Source: Octopus vulgaris (lineage: Eukaryota). Taken from it: DNA of 64,000 nt. This document shows positions 44,286-58,290 of the stretch, piece after piece (positions within the stretch are counted from its first letter, which is position 1; each line of letters opens with the position of its first letter). The DNA lies in contig OX597827.1 of assembly GCA_951406725.2 (NCBI GenBank), forward strand, positions 47,368,001 through 47,432,000, in the 5' to 3' direction. The position numbers and the translations under genes were made by a program. The notes below the pieces were generated by a model. That model had not been told where the DNA came from, ran no database searches, and was given only the letters and a program-made list of their open reading frames with translations.

Positions 44286-45019
44286 TTATGTTATTTTCTA
44301 TACCTTCACATACGTATTAAATTTGCAGCATTTATATGTTGCATTCCTACACACTATTATTGTTTTCTTCTCTCTATATACGCTTCTATTTTTGCATAAC
44401 AGAAGAAAAAGATTGGATATTATTGCATTTTGTGTCGGATTGAATGGTTATAATTTGCTATAGGAACGATATTGCGTAGATTCCCACATCTTACGCTCAA
44501 TATTTATAACGACCTCTCCATCCTTTTTGTTGTGAATGTTATTGTTAGTACACCCACTACAACACGTTTCATCGTTAATTTGATAAATTTTGTCTTAGGG
44601 CAAATCTGTTTAGTACTAATTACAACACGCTCGATAGTGAGAAAATGTCTTTTCATAGATGAGTAAACTGATCGAATGACGAATAATGCAGAAAGGACAG
44701 TCTTCAGCCCATTGTCGCAAATATCATTACATTAACAATGTAGCTGTTTCCTTGTGGCTTTTTTTCCCTCTAATGCTGCCTTTTTTGACGTATTTTTCTG
44801 TCCTTGTTCTCTTCATCACACTCTACTTGTAATGCGTTTACTGTTTACTTGTTAATAACAGCTTCTAATTAAAAAACAAAACGTAACAAAGGTGACAATT
44901 TTTATTTGTATATATATTTACTTTATTTTGCTGACAGAAACAAATTTGCAATGTTACCGTATATTTGCTTTCCTTTGGAGACAGCATGTGTGAAATTGGA
45001 AATAACATGTTGAGCGTCT

Positions 45020-45138
<119 letters not shown>

Positions 45139-46610
45139 GATACTTATTGTGAGGGCAAGACGTGTGAAAATAAAAGAAAAAGGTTTAATAATTATTTTTA
45201 ATATAAGGAAAAGAAAAGTAAATTTGTGAGGTTTTCATAGTCGAGCAGGAAAACTAAATCGACTTCCGAAGAATTTGAACTCCGAGTATAATGAGCCACA
45301 ACTAACTTTAAAAAATGCATGTTTAGCTCGGAATGGAAAGGTATAGTTTTAGAGGAGGAAAATTACTGTGCATTACAGAAACACACACACTCACACACAC
45401 ACATATATGTATGTATGTATGTATGTATACACACATACACCTACACACACGTACATATGTAATAAATATTTATCTATAATATAATCACTTCTACTATAAG
45501 CACAAGGTCTGACATTTGTGGAGAAGCATATAATCGATTACCTCGTCCCCATAACTAGAGTCGATGCTGAAGACATGAAAAGCAAAATGTTATACATATA
45601 TACATACATATGTATACACACACACATAATTATAATAGATAAATCGATACATTTAGCTAGGTATGTAGAGAGGAATAAGAGGAGTTGGAGGGGAGATAGA
45701 ATGGGGATGAGGAGGTGGTCAAAATAGTAGTTGTTAGTGGGACAAAGGAATTGGATTGGGATAGGAGGAGGTGTTATGGGGAAGAACGGGGTGTGAAATT
45801 GAATAGAGGTGTTTGCATGGGATGGATGTAGAGGTAGATTGGTTAGTTGTCAAAGGAGTGGGGTATTGTTAAGCACTTTTTGAAAGTGGGGCGGTTTGGA
45901 ATGCTAAGAGGGAAGTGGTATTATTGGATTCGAAGAATTTAGAAGAAATTGGAAATGTGTGTAAGAGAAAGAATAAGTGGTCGCAGTATTTTTCAAGTAG
46001 TAGGTTGATAAGTTGACTTTTTTCTTAGTTTAAGGTTATTGTGGGTATGGGATACATACCTACTGAACTAGTCAACTTGTTTCCCTCAAACCATAGCCAT
46101 TCCCGTTTTCACTATATCAACCTTTATCTCTATAACACAGATACAAACTAACACAAAGGTTACCATTCACATACTACCTAAACCACCCTTTCCTCTTACT
46201 CCCACCTTCCACATTTACTACTATCCCTAGCCACATTGATAACTCCGAAGTTTATTTTCTCCTCCCACTGCTCTGTCTCTAAATACCTCCCAACTCTTCC
46301 TTCTAATACACTTAGTTCTGCACAAAATCATTCCATATTGAAGCTCATTTGTCAACACGTCAAATGTAAAATTCTTCCCCGAAGACGGAGGCTGGTAATG
46401 TCAGATGATGGAATCAACTTACAATCCTTATTTTGCACAACTAAATCCCCAGAAACTGTTGCTGCATTTGTAAAACTTTTATTCAACCCCTTTAATTCCT
46501 AATATCATTTTTATTCCGTGTAAGTCGGAACATTTTATACCTAAACATAACTACATTATTCTGTATTTCGACTTGCCTAACTTGATTTTCCTTACGTTTA
46601 CTCCTATATA

Positions 46611-46646
<36 letters not shown>

Positions 46647-47249
46647 TGTATGTATGTATGTATGTATGTATGTATGTATGTATGTATCTATATAGCATAC
46701 AAAACAACACGTATAATAGACCTAATATAATTTTGTAGAGTAGTTTATAATACATACGCAGTGAAACTTTAGAAATATGTAGGTTTACTTTTTCTTTCTC
46801 TGCCCCGATATGTTTTCTTTGCCCTGGCATGTTTTACGCCTCCTAGACCTTTCATCGGGGTGCAATGACCTCATTGTTCGCAGGGCAGTTAAACGAATTA
46901 ATATTAATGCACAACACAGGGCGTATAGAAAACGTGGACTACATTTAAATTGATTATCGATTGCAAGCTTTTCGTTGTGAAACCATTTTTTAAAAACCAT
47001 ATTACCGTTGAAATATACTGATTATATTTCGATGAATTTTGAAAATATTGAAGTATGTAGTAAAATTGTAAAGATTATTTTCCAACATAACGTGGCAATC
47101 GAATGTTATAATAACATTCGACTGTTACTGAATGTCTCTCGTTGAGAGATTTACAAATAGAAATTTTCTATTTTAATAGAAATTTTCTATTTTAATATAA
47201 TAATTCTGTTATTATTAAGCGATTTTCTCTAAGCTATATTTGTTTCAAA

Positions 47250-47453
47250 TTTTGGTACAAAGCCAGTAACTTCGAGTGAGAGGATAAGTCAATTACATCG
47301 ACCACCCCGTTGCTCAACTGGTACTTATATCATGCACTGCGGAAGGATGAAAGGCAAATTCAGTCTCGGCAAAATTTGAACTCAGAAGAAAAGGACAGAC
47401 GGATTTCCTCTAAGTGTTTTGTGCGATGCGCTAACGATTCTGCCAGCTCGCCG
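47250..47453 (-). mobile_element. SINE family B, degenerate
   Basis: GGATGAAAGGCAAA..CTCGGCAAAATTTGAACTCAGAA..CTAACGATTCTGCCAGCTCGCC. Confidence 0.75.
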
Positions 47454-47910
47454 TATTTTAACACTTTAGCAATAAAACCAGACACAGCTAACCAAAATAT
47501 TCAACGTGGTTTATGTTTAAAATGATCGAATTTAGCTGCTCGCCCCTATCTTACAATGTCATTGTAAAAGTAAACAATGGCATCATTGAACTCTTAAAGC
47601 TGCAAGATAATGCATAATTAATTCATAACGCTGAGAATGAATAAGCATTTTATTTGACAAAATAATCTGAATGCGAAAGGGTTAATTTTCATCATTTTTA
47701 ACCTCAAGATCTCAGGAGAGTTGGTATCAAACATGTTATAGAATATGTGAATAGAACTCGTTTTTCTCTTCATAATTGTATTCTATCAAATGACTTAAAA
47801 GGATTCTGTGGTGTATTGCCGTTGAAGGTATATAAAATATATACATGTATCATATCCACTTCTATTATATTATGTAACAGTTATATATATATATATTTAT
47901 ATGTATATAA

Positions 47911-48190
47911 GAAGAAAAGGAGCCCGTCGTATATATGTATATGTATATATATGTGTGCATGTATGTGTGTTTGTGTGTCTGTGTTTGTCCCCCAACATCG
48001 GTTGACAACCGATGCTAGTGTGTTTACGTCCCCGTAACTTAGCGTTTCGACAAAAGAGACCGATAGAATAAGTAATAGGCTTACAAAGAATAAGTCCTGG
48101 GGTCGTTTTACTCGATTAAAGGCGGTGCTTAAGCATAGCCGCAGCCAAATGACTGAAACAAGTAAAAGAATAAAAGAGAGAGTAAGAGAG
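47911..48190 (+). mobile_element. SINE family A, 3' part
   Basis: GCCCGTCGTATATATG...ACAACCGATGCTAGTGTGTTTACGTCCCCG...ATGACTGAAACAAGTAAAAGA. Confidence 0.85.
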
Positions 48191-48191
48191 A

Positions 48192-48247
<56 letters not shown>

Positions 48248-48694
48248 GCACGTTTATTAATTTATTTTGCAAGATTCCTGATGTGAAATCGTGTATTAAC
48301 ACAGATATTTGAGAAGGTACGTGGGATGGAAGTGTCGCTAGAGTGGTCACAGTTCTGTGACGAAAGATTTCCAGACAATAGGCATAAAATAAGAACAATA
48401 AAAAGCAACTGAAGAACGAATGTATAGTGTATGTGTTTATTTGGCAAGTAAAATGACCATCATGAAATATAATAATCATATTTGTAGTGTTTAAATAATT
48501 TCTGACAAAAACTGAAGCACTACATAGCCGATGCTCCGATGGAGCTATCAAGAGTTACTCAGGCACTCGAATATGAGACCACTGCATCCTATAGTTGAAA
48601 CAGCCATAGGCTCTTCATAAGATAACATAGCCTATGAACATAGGCTGTTCATAAGATCATAAGATAATCGTTTGTCATCTCTGTTTCTCATATC

Positions 48695-48920
48695 ACCTGA
48701 TCACGTGATCGACCAGGCTATCAGATGTTCTTACGCATCGCTGGTCCCGATGCGTTTTTGCAATGTTTTAGCCTTCAGATGACGCCACCCCGCTGGCTAT
48801 GCAAGCAGATCAATACCCCCTCTGATCGAAATGGGGAATGGGGCAGCGTGAAATGAAGTATTTTCCTCAAGAACACGACGTGCCGCCCAATCAGAGAATC
48901 GAACCCACTATCTAGCGCCT
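48695..48920 (-). mobile_element. degenerate tRNA-headed SINE
   Basis: Minus strand GGGTTCGATTCTCTG..CACGTCGTGTTCTTGAGGAAAATACTTCATTTCACGCTGC is related to the family D head. Confidence 0.55.
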
Positions 48921-48967
48921 ACACCTTTTTCTTATATATATGTATATATAATATATATATATATATG

Positions 48968-49022
<55 letters not shown>

Positions 49023-49752
49023 AGATGGACAGACATGCAGATAGATAGATGCGTGTGTTTGTCTCTATGTATGTAGTTGTGATTATGTTTCCTAAGTGAA
49101 TCTATATAGATTCTGTATGATATTTACTCCGTAATGCAAGTCCACTATTTCCAAACATTTGAAAGACACACTTTCATAACATGAGTACCACAATTAGTAT
49201 CGGTTCGAATTATATATTCAAACCCTTATAGTTCGTATTCCATAATGGGTTGCAGTTCAATGCTTCAAAATATTAGAATAAGGGAATAGACGAATGAAGA
49301 GAATAAACTGAAACATTCCATTTAATCTGAATTTCCTATGCATAAATCAGCTGATCCAATTATTTCACGCACATGACCATATCACATCTCATCAAGAGTA
49401 TCACTTGTCGATATTTAATTACATTCAGTAACAGAAAATATTAACTTGGGTTTACCAGCCGTTGATATTACAAAAACAGCAACAGTACATCATCATCATC
49501 ATCATCATCATCACCAGTAGCAACAATAGCAAGAACAATAACAGCAGGAATAATCTCAGCTACAAGAACAACGAATGTCTAAGTCGCATTTATAATTATA
49601 TTCACGTCGATGTTATTTTAAAGACAGTATGTTTGAGCTAGTTTGAAAAGGAATTTATTGAATAACTTTATAAAAACACGCTGTTGTACAGATTCGTTCA
49701 AATACCAGATCCGTTATTGATATCCCCCTCCCTCGGCAAAAAAGACAAGAAA

Positions 49753-49848
<96 letters not shown>

Positions 49849-51193
49849 TGATGATAATAATAATAATAATAATAACTGGAAGTAACTTAGAGAAAAAACA
49901 GAATTCAAATTGACACACTAACGCGTAATCTCAAACACATGCATACATAATCAAACATATTTACACACATTTGTACGCCTACATACACCTACAATGTAAT
50001 CAATATGACTATCGATGACTAAAACTTTCTCTTGTTTTCACTTTGAATATTGATATTAATGCATTGACTATAACAAATATTTAAATTGATTTAAAAAAAA
50101 AAAATAATTTCCCTGGTTCCCTTCCTTCATAATGAATGAAACGTTATACGTGAAAAATATATTTGATATGGATTGTTGTCTCTCTAAATATTATGATGGA
50201 ATTAATAATACTGTGCTAATAATAACAACAACAACAACAGTGAGAACAATAACCAATGGAAAAATAAAGAATTCAATCGATGTAAACTAAAACAACAAAA
50301 TTAAGGTAAATAAATGCCTCAATAAAGTAGTGAGCGTTGTAGAAAGTGTAAGGAAATAAAAGGAAATAAAATAAAGAACACACCTAGGAAACAATTATGT
50401 CTCTGAAACTTTGTCACTCAATTGAATATCATGTAAATATTAAACTTGTGTTTATTTATTGAACGCGATCAAGAAGTGTCTCTTCTTTATTTAAGACACG
50501 GAAAAGTTAAGTGAGATGAAGCTGTAAATACGGTAAGACATCGGACTACAATATTAAGGTTTGTGGTTTCGCCTTACTTCGTCGATGCAGCGTGAATTTT
50601 ATTCAGTATTTGTGGGAAATATTTTCAAAATTTCAAATCTTCAAATCTTCATAGCCATCTATATCTTGTTTCTCTTGCAAATACATAAGGTAGAATCGTA
50701 AGGACGGCCGCTGCACACAGTCATAAACACTGCTGTTCGTCAGCTTAAAGTGTTTCCATGCTTCAATGATGATGCTTTGACATGTTGCTCGTCTGTAATA
50801 CGAATCATCTCAGATCGGGAGCGAAAAGTATATCGTGTCTTCTATAGATTTGTTATAACCTTTCTCGCGTGGAAAGGTCGCCAGCAAGGAAAGGTGAGTT
50901 TTACAATATTTAATTCCGTTCTCCTTGCAACAGCACACCACCTGAGATCGATGGATTGACAAAATCATCAAAGCATTGTGAAAAATCCTTTGTGGTATAT
51001 GTTCCAGCTGTACACGTTCCGATTTAAAAATTCTGCCCATGGCAACAGTATCTGTCAGCTCGCTCAAATCGATAAAAAATAGTAGTACCAATCATGAACT
51101 GGTTTCGATATCATTCTTCCACAAAAATTCTTTGTAGCACTACTCAAAATTTCTACAACTCTTTCTGCTCCCTTATTGTTTACCTTTTAAATA

Positions 51194-51437
51194 GGCGCAG
51201 GAGTGGTTGTGTGGTAAGTAGCTTGCTTGCCAACAACATGGTTCCGGGTTGATTCTCACTGCGCGTCACCTTAGGCAAGTGTCTTCTACTATAGCCTCGG
51301 GCCAGCCAAAGCCTTGTGAGTGGATTTAGTAGACGGAAACTGAAAGAAGCCCGTCGTATATATGTATATACATATATATATATGTGTGTGTGCGTGTATG
51401 TATGTGTTTGTGTGTTTGTCCCGCCCAACATCGCTTC
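51194..51437 (+). mobile_element. SINE family A, 5' part
   Basis: GGCGCAGGAGTGGTTGTGTGGTAAGTAGCTTGC...GAAACTGAAAGAAGCCCGTCG. Confidence 0.85.
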
Positions 51438-51831
51438 ACACACACACACACGCACATACATTCACACACACGCATGCATGCACATACGCGCACACACTCA
51501 CGCGCGCACACACATACATGCACACACACGCACGCACACAGAGACATAAACACACACATACATACAGGCATAGGCACATGAACACCCTGCGAGCTTAATT
51601 TTAAGTTTAAAAGTTACAGAAAATTATCAGATAACAATTAGATCCGTTGCCTTTCTGTCCTCCTTTTCGATTAAAACACGAGTTAAAGTGACTGTGAAAT
51701 GTGTCGTAGACTCAATGAACACGTATAGTATAACTGTATGAGGTACATGGAGGGAACGTCTACAACATTCCAACATATTTGCGTAGGAGAGACCAATCGT
51801 AGTTAAAAGATATATATTAGTGACTGGGCAC

Positions 51832-52427
51832 AAGGCCCGTAATTTTTGGTAAGGGGACTAGACGATTAGATCGACCTCAGTACACAACGGGTACTTAATA
51901 TATCGACCCCGAAAGAATGAAAGGCAAAGTCGACCTCAGCGGAATTTGAACCCAGAACATAAAAACAGACGAAATACCCCTAAGCATTTCGCCCGGCGTG
52001 CTAACGTTTCTTAGTTCTTTATTGCCCATAATGGGCTACACACAGAGGGGACAAACAAGGACAGGCAAATGGATTAAAGCGATTACATCGACCTCAGTGT
52101 GTAACTGGTACTTAATTTATCGACCCTGAAAGGATGAAGGGCAAAGTCGACCTCGGCGGAATTTGAACTCAGAAAGTAACGGCAGACGAAATATCTATTT
52201 CTTTACTACCCACAAGGGGCTAAACACAAAGGGACAAACAAGGACAGACACATGGATTAAGTCGATTATATCGACCCCAGTGCGTAACTGGTACTTATTT
52301 AATCGACCCCGAAAGGATGAAAGGCAAAGTCGACCTCGGCGGAATTTGAACTCAGAAAGTAACGGCAGACGAAATACCGCTAGGCATTCCGCCCGACGTG
52401 CTAACGTTTCCGCCAGCTCAACGCCTT
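51832..52427 (-). mobile_element. SINE family B with triplicated core
   Basis: Three copies of TCGACCC.GAAAG.ATGAA.GGCAAAGTCGACCTC.GCGGAATTTGAAC at about 51903, 52120 and 52303. Confidence 0.88.
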
Positions 52428-53071
52428 AATAGAAATAAATAATACTAATCATAGTATTAAATAGTGAAAGAGTTACCTTAACTAAAACTACTTCTATTTA
52501 AACCAATCAGCACTAGTTAAAGTAATTGATTAATTCAATTGACAGCAATCTACCTACGTAGGTAGATCTATAAACAATCTAGCTATGAAGGTAGATCGAC
52601 TGAGGCAGTACTCAAATTTAGTGAATATAAAATATTACTAATCGTAGTACTAATAAAAAATTCAATGAACATTTGTGCAGAGTTATTTAAAATAAAGCTA
52701 TATTTCTTTTTTAACCAATCAGCGCTAATTACAGAAGTTGATTAATTCAATTGACATCAATCTATGTATATAGGTAGATAGATAAACATAATTTAATAGA
52801 ATCTTTGTAGGTGTTACATACGATACGATGCATAAAAAATAGTCTGATACGAATAGAGCAATACATTTTCAGCCGTATGTCTTATAATTATAATATATTT
52901 CTATGTATGCAGGTGATGCGTATATGAGTGCGTGTAAGCACGTGTTTATATACATGGGTATATATAGAACCACACACGCACATGTGTATAAATGGTGGTG
53001 TGTATATGTGTGTATACATACATTTTCATATAAATGCATATACATGATTTTCACTCTCTCTGCATGAATGT

Positions 53072-53201
<130 letters not shown>

Positions 53202-53235
53202 GTGTGTGTCTGTGTGCGCTGTGTGCATATGTGTG

Positions 53236-53283
<48 letters not shown>

Positions 53284-53814
53284 CGTGTGTGTTTATGTAT
53301 GTATGTATGTATATATATAAATATGTATGTGCCTGTGTATTCATGTATGTATATGTGCATGTGTGTGTGTATGTACATGAATATGCTCTTTTGTTTGCTT
53401 TTACTTTCCTCTGTATAAACATCATAAAAAAGTTTGCAGATAGGAAATATATCGCCAATAACATAATTATGTTTCATTAGCATTGAAATTTTATTGTCAT
53501 AAATCGTGACACTTGAAAAGGAGGTCAGAATATATTGTATCATTAAAATTTTCTGTTTACTTAAATTCTACCTTTTGCATCTTAACAGAAGCGTGATCAA
53601 CAAGCATTGAATAGATATATCTTTGGCTACGAAGAAGCTTCTACTCTCTATCAGAAAACTAACAGCTAAAAATATCCTTAAATTATAAATCGCACTTCGC
53701 AATCTTGCATGGAAATAGAATGAGTTGGACAGTATGCTACTGAAAAACACAACATAATGGATTGCTCTGGTTAAGTGTTTTTTTACGTTCATCAATGCCA
53801 ATCTGATCCAAAGA

Positions 53815-54190
53815 GGCCAGGGATTTCGGTAAGACGTTAAGTCGATTACATCGATAACAGTGTTCGACTGTACCAATCTCGAAAGGATGAAAGGCCAAGT
53901 CGATCTCGGCAACATTTGATCTCAGAACGTAAAGTCGTAAATAACGCCGCAAACTCCCACCCTCCCCCGGCGCGGTAATGATCCTGCCACCTCGCTGTTT
54001 CATTTACTATAAATATATTGATTTCAAATCTTGGCGAGCACAGTCTTCAACTGGTATTTATTTTATCGACCCCGAAATGGTGAAACACAATGCCGAGCCC
54101 AGCGGTGTCAATTTAAGCCAGAATGGGAAAATCGAAAGAAATGCTGGTAAGCAATTTTTCCGCTGCGGTTACGATTCTGCAGCTTGCTGC
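53815..54190 (-). mobile_element. SINE family B remnants (two degenerate cores)
   Basis: GAAAGGATGAAAGGCCAAGTCGATCTCGGC and TTTTATCGACCCCGAAAT..TACGATTCTGCAGCT. Confidence 0.6.
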
Positions 54191-54645
54191 TTTACAAACA
54201 AACTGTATATATATTAATACAAAAACAAGCAACTATAATTAACCTCTGCGGATTGTTAGTTATTGTAATATGCCATGGTAGATATAAGTTTGCCTGTCTG
54301 AATGATAACGTTTTCGTACATCCCATCAGTTTTAAAGGCTAAAAAATCTTCATGGCTCTTACCCTTGTTCCTTGCAACTGGGACATTAAAAGCAAATTTC
54401 ATTTCCCTTCCCGTTTGTGAGAAGACTGGTTATAAATACCTTATCTCTTTATAGTCAAATAGATACATTATTTAACAGCAACGTATCTATCTGTTCTTCA
54501 TAGGCACTCGAAGATTCACACCGTTGAATTGTGTTTTTTGCGAAAACACGTATTGTCTAATAGAAGAGAATGTTCTGCGATGGCATAAACAACAGCGGTC
54601 ATAGTCAGCTTCCAATTCGCCAGAAAATATGAGAGTTAGATATAT

Positions 54646-54974
54646 TCTTTTACTCTTTTACTTGTTGCAGTCATTTGACTGCGGCCATGCTGGCCCACCA
54701 CCTTTAGTCGAGTAAACCGACCCCAGGACTTATTCTTCGTAAACCTAGTACTTATTTTATCGTTTTTTTTGTCGAACCGCTTAGTTACGGTTGTCAGCAT
54801 AGGTTGTCAAGCATATACACACACATACAAACACATGTATATATATACATCTATACAACGGGCTTCTTTCAGTTTCCGTCTACCAAATCTACTCACAAGG
54901 CTTTGGTCGGCCCGAGGCTTAGTAGAAGACACTTGCCCAAGGTGCCACGCAGTGGGACTGAACCCGGAACCATG
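54646..54974 (-). mobile_element. SINE family A
   Basis: CAGTCATTTGACTGCGGCCATGCTGG...CCCAAGGTGCCACGCAGTGGGACTGAACCCGGAACCATG. Confidence 0.88.
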
Positions 54975-55519
54975 ATACCTATTTTTTTTTATTTGCATTG
55001 CTCCGAGTGCACCTCCCGAACTATTGCCTGATTGGAGGACAGCAGCACAAACCAACAGTTTTTTACTCAATTCTAAAGGCAATAAACGGCTATTCATGTT
55101 AGAGTCATAGAACCGCTCGCGCAGATTAAACTGAGGAGACACAAAATAAAGTAAAAAAACTGCGATATCACATCGCCTCCTTACTCAATCGCGAATATTA
55201 CTGAAACACATCGAAAAAAGATTGGAGATGTGTTTCGACGACAAAAATCAAGAGCGATCAGGTATTATGTTCGAATCTTGCCCAACGTAGTGAGTATGAA
55301 TGTTTACATACTAATTAGGATTCCCGTTGTTCTGGAAACATTTCATGAGTTATTTTCTCATTTATGATTTTATTTAACTGTTTCTATTCAAATAGATTCA
55401 ATATTAGATATCATTGACGAAAAGGAAATAGAAAATAGTATAGATAGAGGCCGATTCTACGCATAATGCAATATAAGTTCATTAAAGTTTACTTTTTTAA
55501 TTTAGTCGCTATTGTAGAA

Positions 55520-55899
55520 GCACTCCGTCGGTTACGACGATGAGGGTCCCGGTTGATCCGAATCAACGGAACAGCCTGCTCGTGAAATTAACGTGTAAGT
55601 GGCTGAGCACTCCACAGACACGTGCACCCTTAACGTAGTTCTCGGGGATATTCAGCGTGACACAGAGAGTGACAAGGCTGGCCCCTTGAAATACAGGTAC
55701 AACAGAAACAGGAAGTACGAGTGAGAGAAAGTTGTGGTGAAAGGGTACAGCAGGGATCACCACCATCCCCTGCCGGAGCCTCGTGGAGCTTTAGGTGTTT
55801 TCGCTCAATAAACACTAACAACGCCCGGTCTGGGAATCGAAACCGCGATCCTATGACCGCGAGTCCACTGCCCTAACCACTGGGCCATTGCGCCTCCAC
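55520..55899 (-). mobile_element. tRNA-derived SINE family C, full length with TSD
   Basis: Flanked by AGTCGCTATT(G/A)TAG at 55504-55517 and 55900-55913. Confidence 0.92.
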
Positions 55900-55917
55900 A
55901 GTCGCTATTATAGCAGA

Positions 55918-56280
55918 GTGGAGGCGCAATGGCCCACTGGTTAGGGAATCGGAATCGTGGTCGTAGGATCGCGGTTTCAATTACCAGATCGGGCGTTGTG
56001 ATTGTTTATTGAGTGATTGTTTATTAAGCAGGGTGTGGTGGTGAATCCTGCTGTACTTTTTCACAAAACATTTCTCTCACGCTTTCTTCTTATTTCTGTT
56101 GTATCTGTATTTCAAAGGGTCAGCCTTGTCACAGTCTGTGTCACGCTGAATTTTTCTGAGAACTATGTTAAGGGTACACGTGACTGTGGAGTGCTCAGCC
56201 ACTTGCACGTTAATTTCTCGAGCAGGCAGTTCCGTTGATCGGACCATCTGGAACCCTCGTCGTCGTAACCGACTGAGTGC
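55918..56280 (+). mobile_element. tRNA-derived SINE family C with TSD
   Basis: Flanked by TATTATAGCAG at 55906-55916 and 56285-56295. Confidence 0.9.
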
Positions 56281-56356
56281 CACGTATTATAGCAGCAGAA
56301 TAAAATACCGAAGTACATACTCTTAATATATATATATATATATTAATAAAGGCCAT

Positions 56357-56526
56357 TAAAGTGAAAGAGGGTACTAATTAGTATTACTATTGCTAGAAAT
56401 AAGAGTCAAAACAACCTCAAAAGCCACAAAGCTCTATCTTAATTGGATAATGCTTTGTGTCTTTTGAGTTATTTCGACTCTTATTTCTAGCAATAGTATT
56501 ACTAATTAGTACCCTCTTTCACTTTA
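56357..56526. repeat. 170-bp near-perfect palindrome (fold-back / MITE-like)
   Basis: TAAAGTGAAAGAGGGTACTAATTAGTATTACTATTGCTAGAAATAAGAGTC... pairs with ...GACTCTTATTTCTAGCAATAGTATTACTAATTAGTACCCTCTTTCACTTTA. Confidence 0.92.
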
Positions 56527-56587
56527 CCTAATTCTGTTTGTTTGCCTTTAGGTTGTTAAATTGCTAATTGGCCACCCATATAATTTG

Positions 56588-56635
<48 letters not shown>

Positions 56636-56662
56636 ATCTATGTTTATCAGTATGTGTCTATG

Positions 56663-56698
<36 letters not shown>

Positions 56699-56821
56699 TA
56701 TATACATACATATATATATATACATATATATATATACATATATATATATATGTATATATACCTTTGTATCTATGTTTCTCAGTATGTGTCTATGTATATG
56801 TATGTATGTATGTATATATAC

Positions 56822-56854
<33 letters not shown>

Positions 56855-57703
56855 TTACATATATATAAATATATATCTTTGTATTTATGATTCTCACACA
56901 CACACATATACACACGCACACACATATAATGAATAAATATATGGAGAGAAAGAGAGTGGCGGAGAGACGGACTTGTAAGGAGGATTATCAATTGTGCACA
57001 GCGCACATAAGCAGACAAGTAAACAAAAAGACGGCTTTTATCAGATATATTATATAAAGGGGGTTATACAACCATTGATTAAGTAATATCCATTGAGGGA
57101 GAGATTTATGAAACAAATATCAATAGCGGGATCTAATTTGCCCACGTATATATAGGTGATTAAATCATTTGTAAGCAAGTTCAATTTAGATATATTTATA
57201 TATTGAATCAAACCGTAGACGCGATAATTTGTGCAAGCAGACACAATGAAATCAAGTTAGACTATTGATGATGTTTTAGCTTATTGAAACGTAGTTAAGA
57301 GATATTTTTCGCTAGACCTTCATATTTCAAGTGGTATTCTGTTCGTACAAGCACACTGCGATCTATCTGTGTACGTATTTGCAAAACTAAAATCAACTTA
57401 TGATTTATAGCTACGGTGAGTAAAGCAAAGTGAAGGCCTATACAGATGAAAAGACGTAATATATATATATATATATGTGTGTGTGTGCATGTGTAAATGT
57501 GTGTGTGTGTGTATATCAATATCACACGCACATACATACACACACACACATATATATATATGTTACATTAATACTATGTCTTTTCTTTTGTTTAGATGTT
57601 TACTTTGTTTTAGCCATCACAACTATAAATCATAAGGTTATGTAAGTCTGTATGCACGTATGTATGTGTGTGTATATGTGAAGGTATATACATACAAACG
57701 TTT

Positions 57704-57938
57704 AAGGCGGCGAACTGGCAGAAACGTTAGCACGCCGGGCGAAATGCGTAGTGGTATTTCGTCTGTCGTTACGTCGTGAGTTCAAATTCTGCCGAGGTCG
57801 ACTTTGCCTTTCATCATTTCGGGGTCGATAAATTAAGTACCAGTTACGCACTGGGGTCGATGTAATCGACTTAATACCTATGTCTGTCCTTGTTTGTCCC
57901 CTCTATGTTTAGCCCCTTGTGGATAGTAAAGAAATAGG
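57704..57938 (+). mobile_element. tRNA-derived SINE family B, full length
   Basis: AAGGCGGCGAACTGGCAGAAACGTTAG...GAGTTCAAATTCTGCCGAGGTCGACTTTGCCTTTCATC...GTAAAGAAATAGG. Confidence 0.9.
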
Positions 57939-57957
57939 TATGTACATACACACACAC

Positions 57958-58024
<67 letters not shown>

Positions 58025-58058
58025 GTAATAATAATAGTAATAATAATAATAATAATAA

Positions 58059-58290
58059 TGAATTTGACAAGGTCAGTAAATGTAAAGACTTGCTAATAGA
58101 AATTGAAAACATGTGGCATCTGAAGGTGACTACAGTACCAGTGATTGTAGGATCTCTAGGGATGATAAAAAGCAGGTACTGAAATCCATTGGGAAATGAT
58201 ACCAGGCTTACCATCCCTACAGGAAGTGCAAAAAATCGTGTTAACTGGAACGACTCATGTACTGAGAAGAGCATTATCACTGTGAAAACA
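58059..58290 (+). mobile_element. R4/Dong endonuclease C-terminal fragment joined to (AAT)n
   Basis: EFDKVSKCKDLLIEIENMWHLKVTTVPVIVGSLGMIK, then IPGLPSLQEVQKIVLTGTTHVLRRALSL*. Confidence 0.8.

Noticed and set aside
45660-46470. Purine-rich then pyrimidine-rich block, possibly a Penelope relic with CCGAAGA..GAAAC
   Set aside because: Too degenerate to support a protein or ribozyme call by eye.
46800-46868. Hammerhead-like relic on the minus strand (CCGATGA..AAAACATGCCAGGG)
   Set aside because: The core is mutated at several invariant positions and stem II is unpaired. At most a dead pLTR remnant.
50810-51091. Possible integrase remnant (CKENGIKY)
   Set aside because: One short motif only, with no supporting DDE context.
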